Shown here one piece after another: positions 63,098-64,000 of a DNA stretch of 64,000 bases. The stretch comes from Auanema rhodensis (Eukaryota; Animalia; Nematoda). The stretch is taken from assembly GCA_964057225.1 (NCBI GenBank), contig OZ059896.1, forward strand, positions 9,982,001 through 10,046,000, in the 5' to 3' direction. The position numbers and the translations under genes were made by a program. Within the stretch, counting starts at the first letter, position 1. Each line of letters opens with the position of its first letter. The notes below the pieces were generated by a model. That model saw nothing but the letters and a program-made list of their open reading frames with translations, made no database searches and had not been told where the DNA came from.

Positions 63098-64000
63098 CAC
63101 TGATCTAAAAGATTGTGTTAATTGATAACGTTTCTCTTTTGTTACTAGTGGAACTGTTTTTTTTAAATACTAATTATATTAAAAACTTTTTTTTAATTAC
63201 ATTTATTTTAGATAAAGTTTCATGTTTATGTTGCATTTTACATTATTATTTCATTCATTGTTCTTAATTATATTATTTTAATAAAAAAGATTATTATTAT
63301 CAAAGTAATAAGAAAAAATTGCACGCAAATGATTGAAACATTTCTGTTTTTTAATGTGACGTTATGTAATCATACTTCTGTTTCTCTTTTCTCAATTAAA
63401 CTATAAAATTTATAAGAAACATTGTTGCATTTAAATAAATTATTTTTTTTTATTTCATGATAAAAGTTCACATTTGATCAAAAAACATATGAAATTTACC
63501 CAATTACGTGAAAATATTTTATACAGTTCTTATCTTTATGGATTATGAATTTTTGAATAATGTTTGATTATTATCTCATTTATTACTAGATTTTTCCACC
63601 TCTACAACTGTGTATGCACATTGGTAAATTATTCAGAGCAGTTGTACTTACAGACTATGTTGTAATCAAGCATTTTTATATATTTTCGAATTTTCCTTAT
63701 CCAAACGTCCAATATCGGCAGCCGGACCACACCCGTCACACATCCCTCATATGACTGTAGAAATGTGGGTGGTGTTGTAATAATAAGAAACATCTCAGGC
63801 ATTATAGCTCATGTAATTGCTCGGATGGTGGAATTTCTACTCTAGTCAAGTAACCTTTTACTTTTGTTTGTCGGTTGAATCATTAGAGTATATTATTCAG
63901 ATACTTACGTATACTTATAATATCGAATTCATGGAATAGAACATAACAACACTTACACCATCATCAATACCTTTTACTGTCAAATTATTTACGGAAAATA

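Noticed and set aside
63595-64000. Possible gene end at the window edge
   Set aside because: Only short frames with no consistent exon model or homology.

Overview
AT-rich (roughly 30% GC) eukaryotic DNA with many ~40-60 nt introns, trans-splice-like acceptors next to start codons, serpentine receptors and a mom-2-type Wnt. This points to a rhabditid (clade V-like) nematode; the species cannot be determined. The ORF track is mostly exon fragments or shadows, so genes were rebuilt by manual splicing. In order: 3' end of an ACAD9/VLCAD-like gene, a hypothetical gene, a secreted Pro/His/Trp-rich protein, a divergent multi-pass receptor, seryl-tRNA synthetase, a DLG5-like MAGUK, PDH E1-beta, dyf-3/CLUAP1 with a perfect X-box, a ~900-aa Ala/Glu/Pro/Thr tandem-repeat protein, a large unknown minus-strand gene with an intronic X-box, a ~2.1-kb palindrome carrying two identical head-to-head Spo12-motif genes, an Srh/Sri-type chemoreceptor, mitochondrial tRNA thiouridylase with a nested antisense secreted-peptide gene, NDUFAF4, jmjd-1.2/PHF8, EEF1AKMT2, a TATDN2-like nuclease, mom-2, a polyamine oxidase and an SLC36 transporter. 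The most notable structure is the palindrome. Its arms are identical over ~770 bp including introns but diverge at the tips, and the encoded protein and spacer carry cell-cycle signatures (double-SP Spo12 box, KEN box, E2F/CHR-like site). No tRNA, rRNA, CRISPR or recognisable transposon was found.
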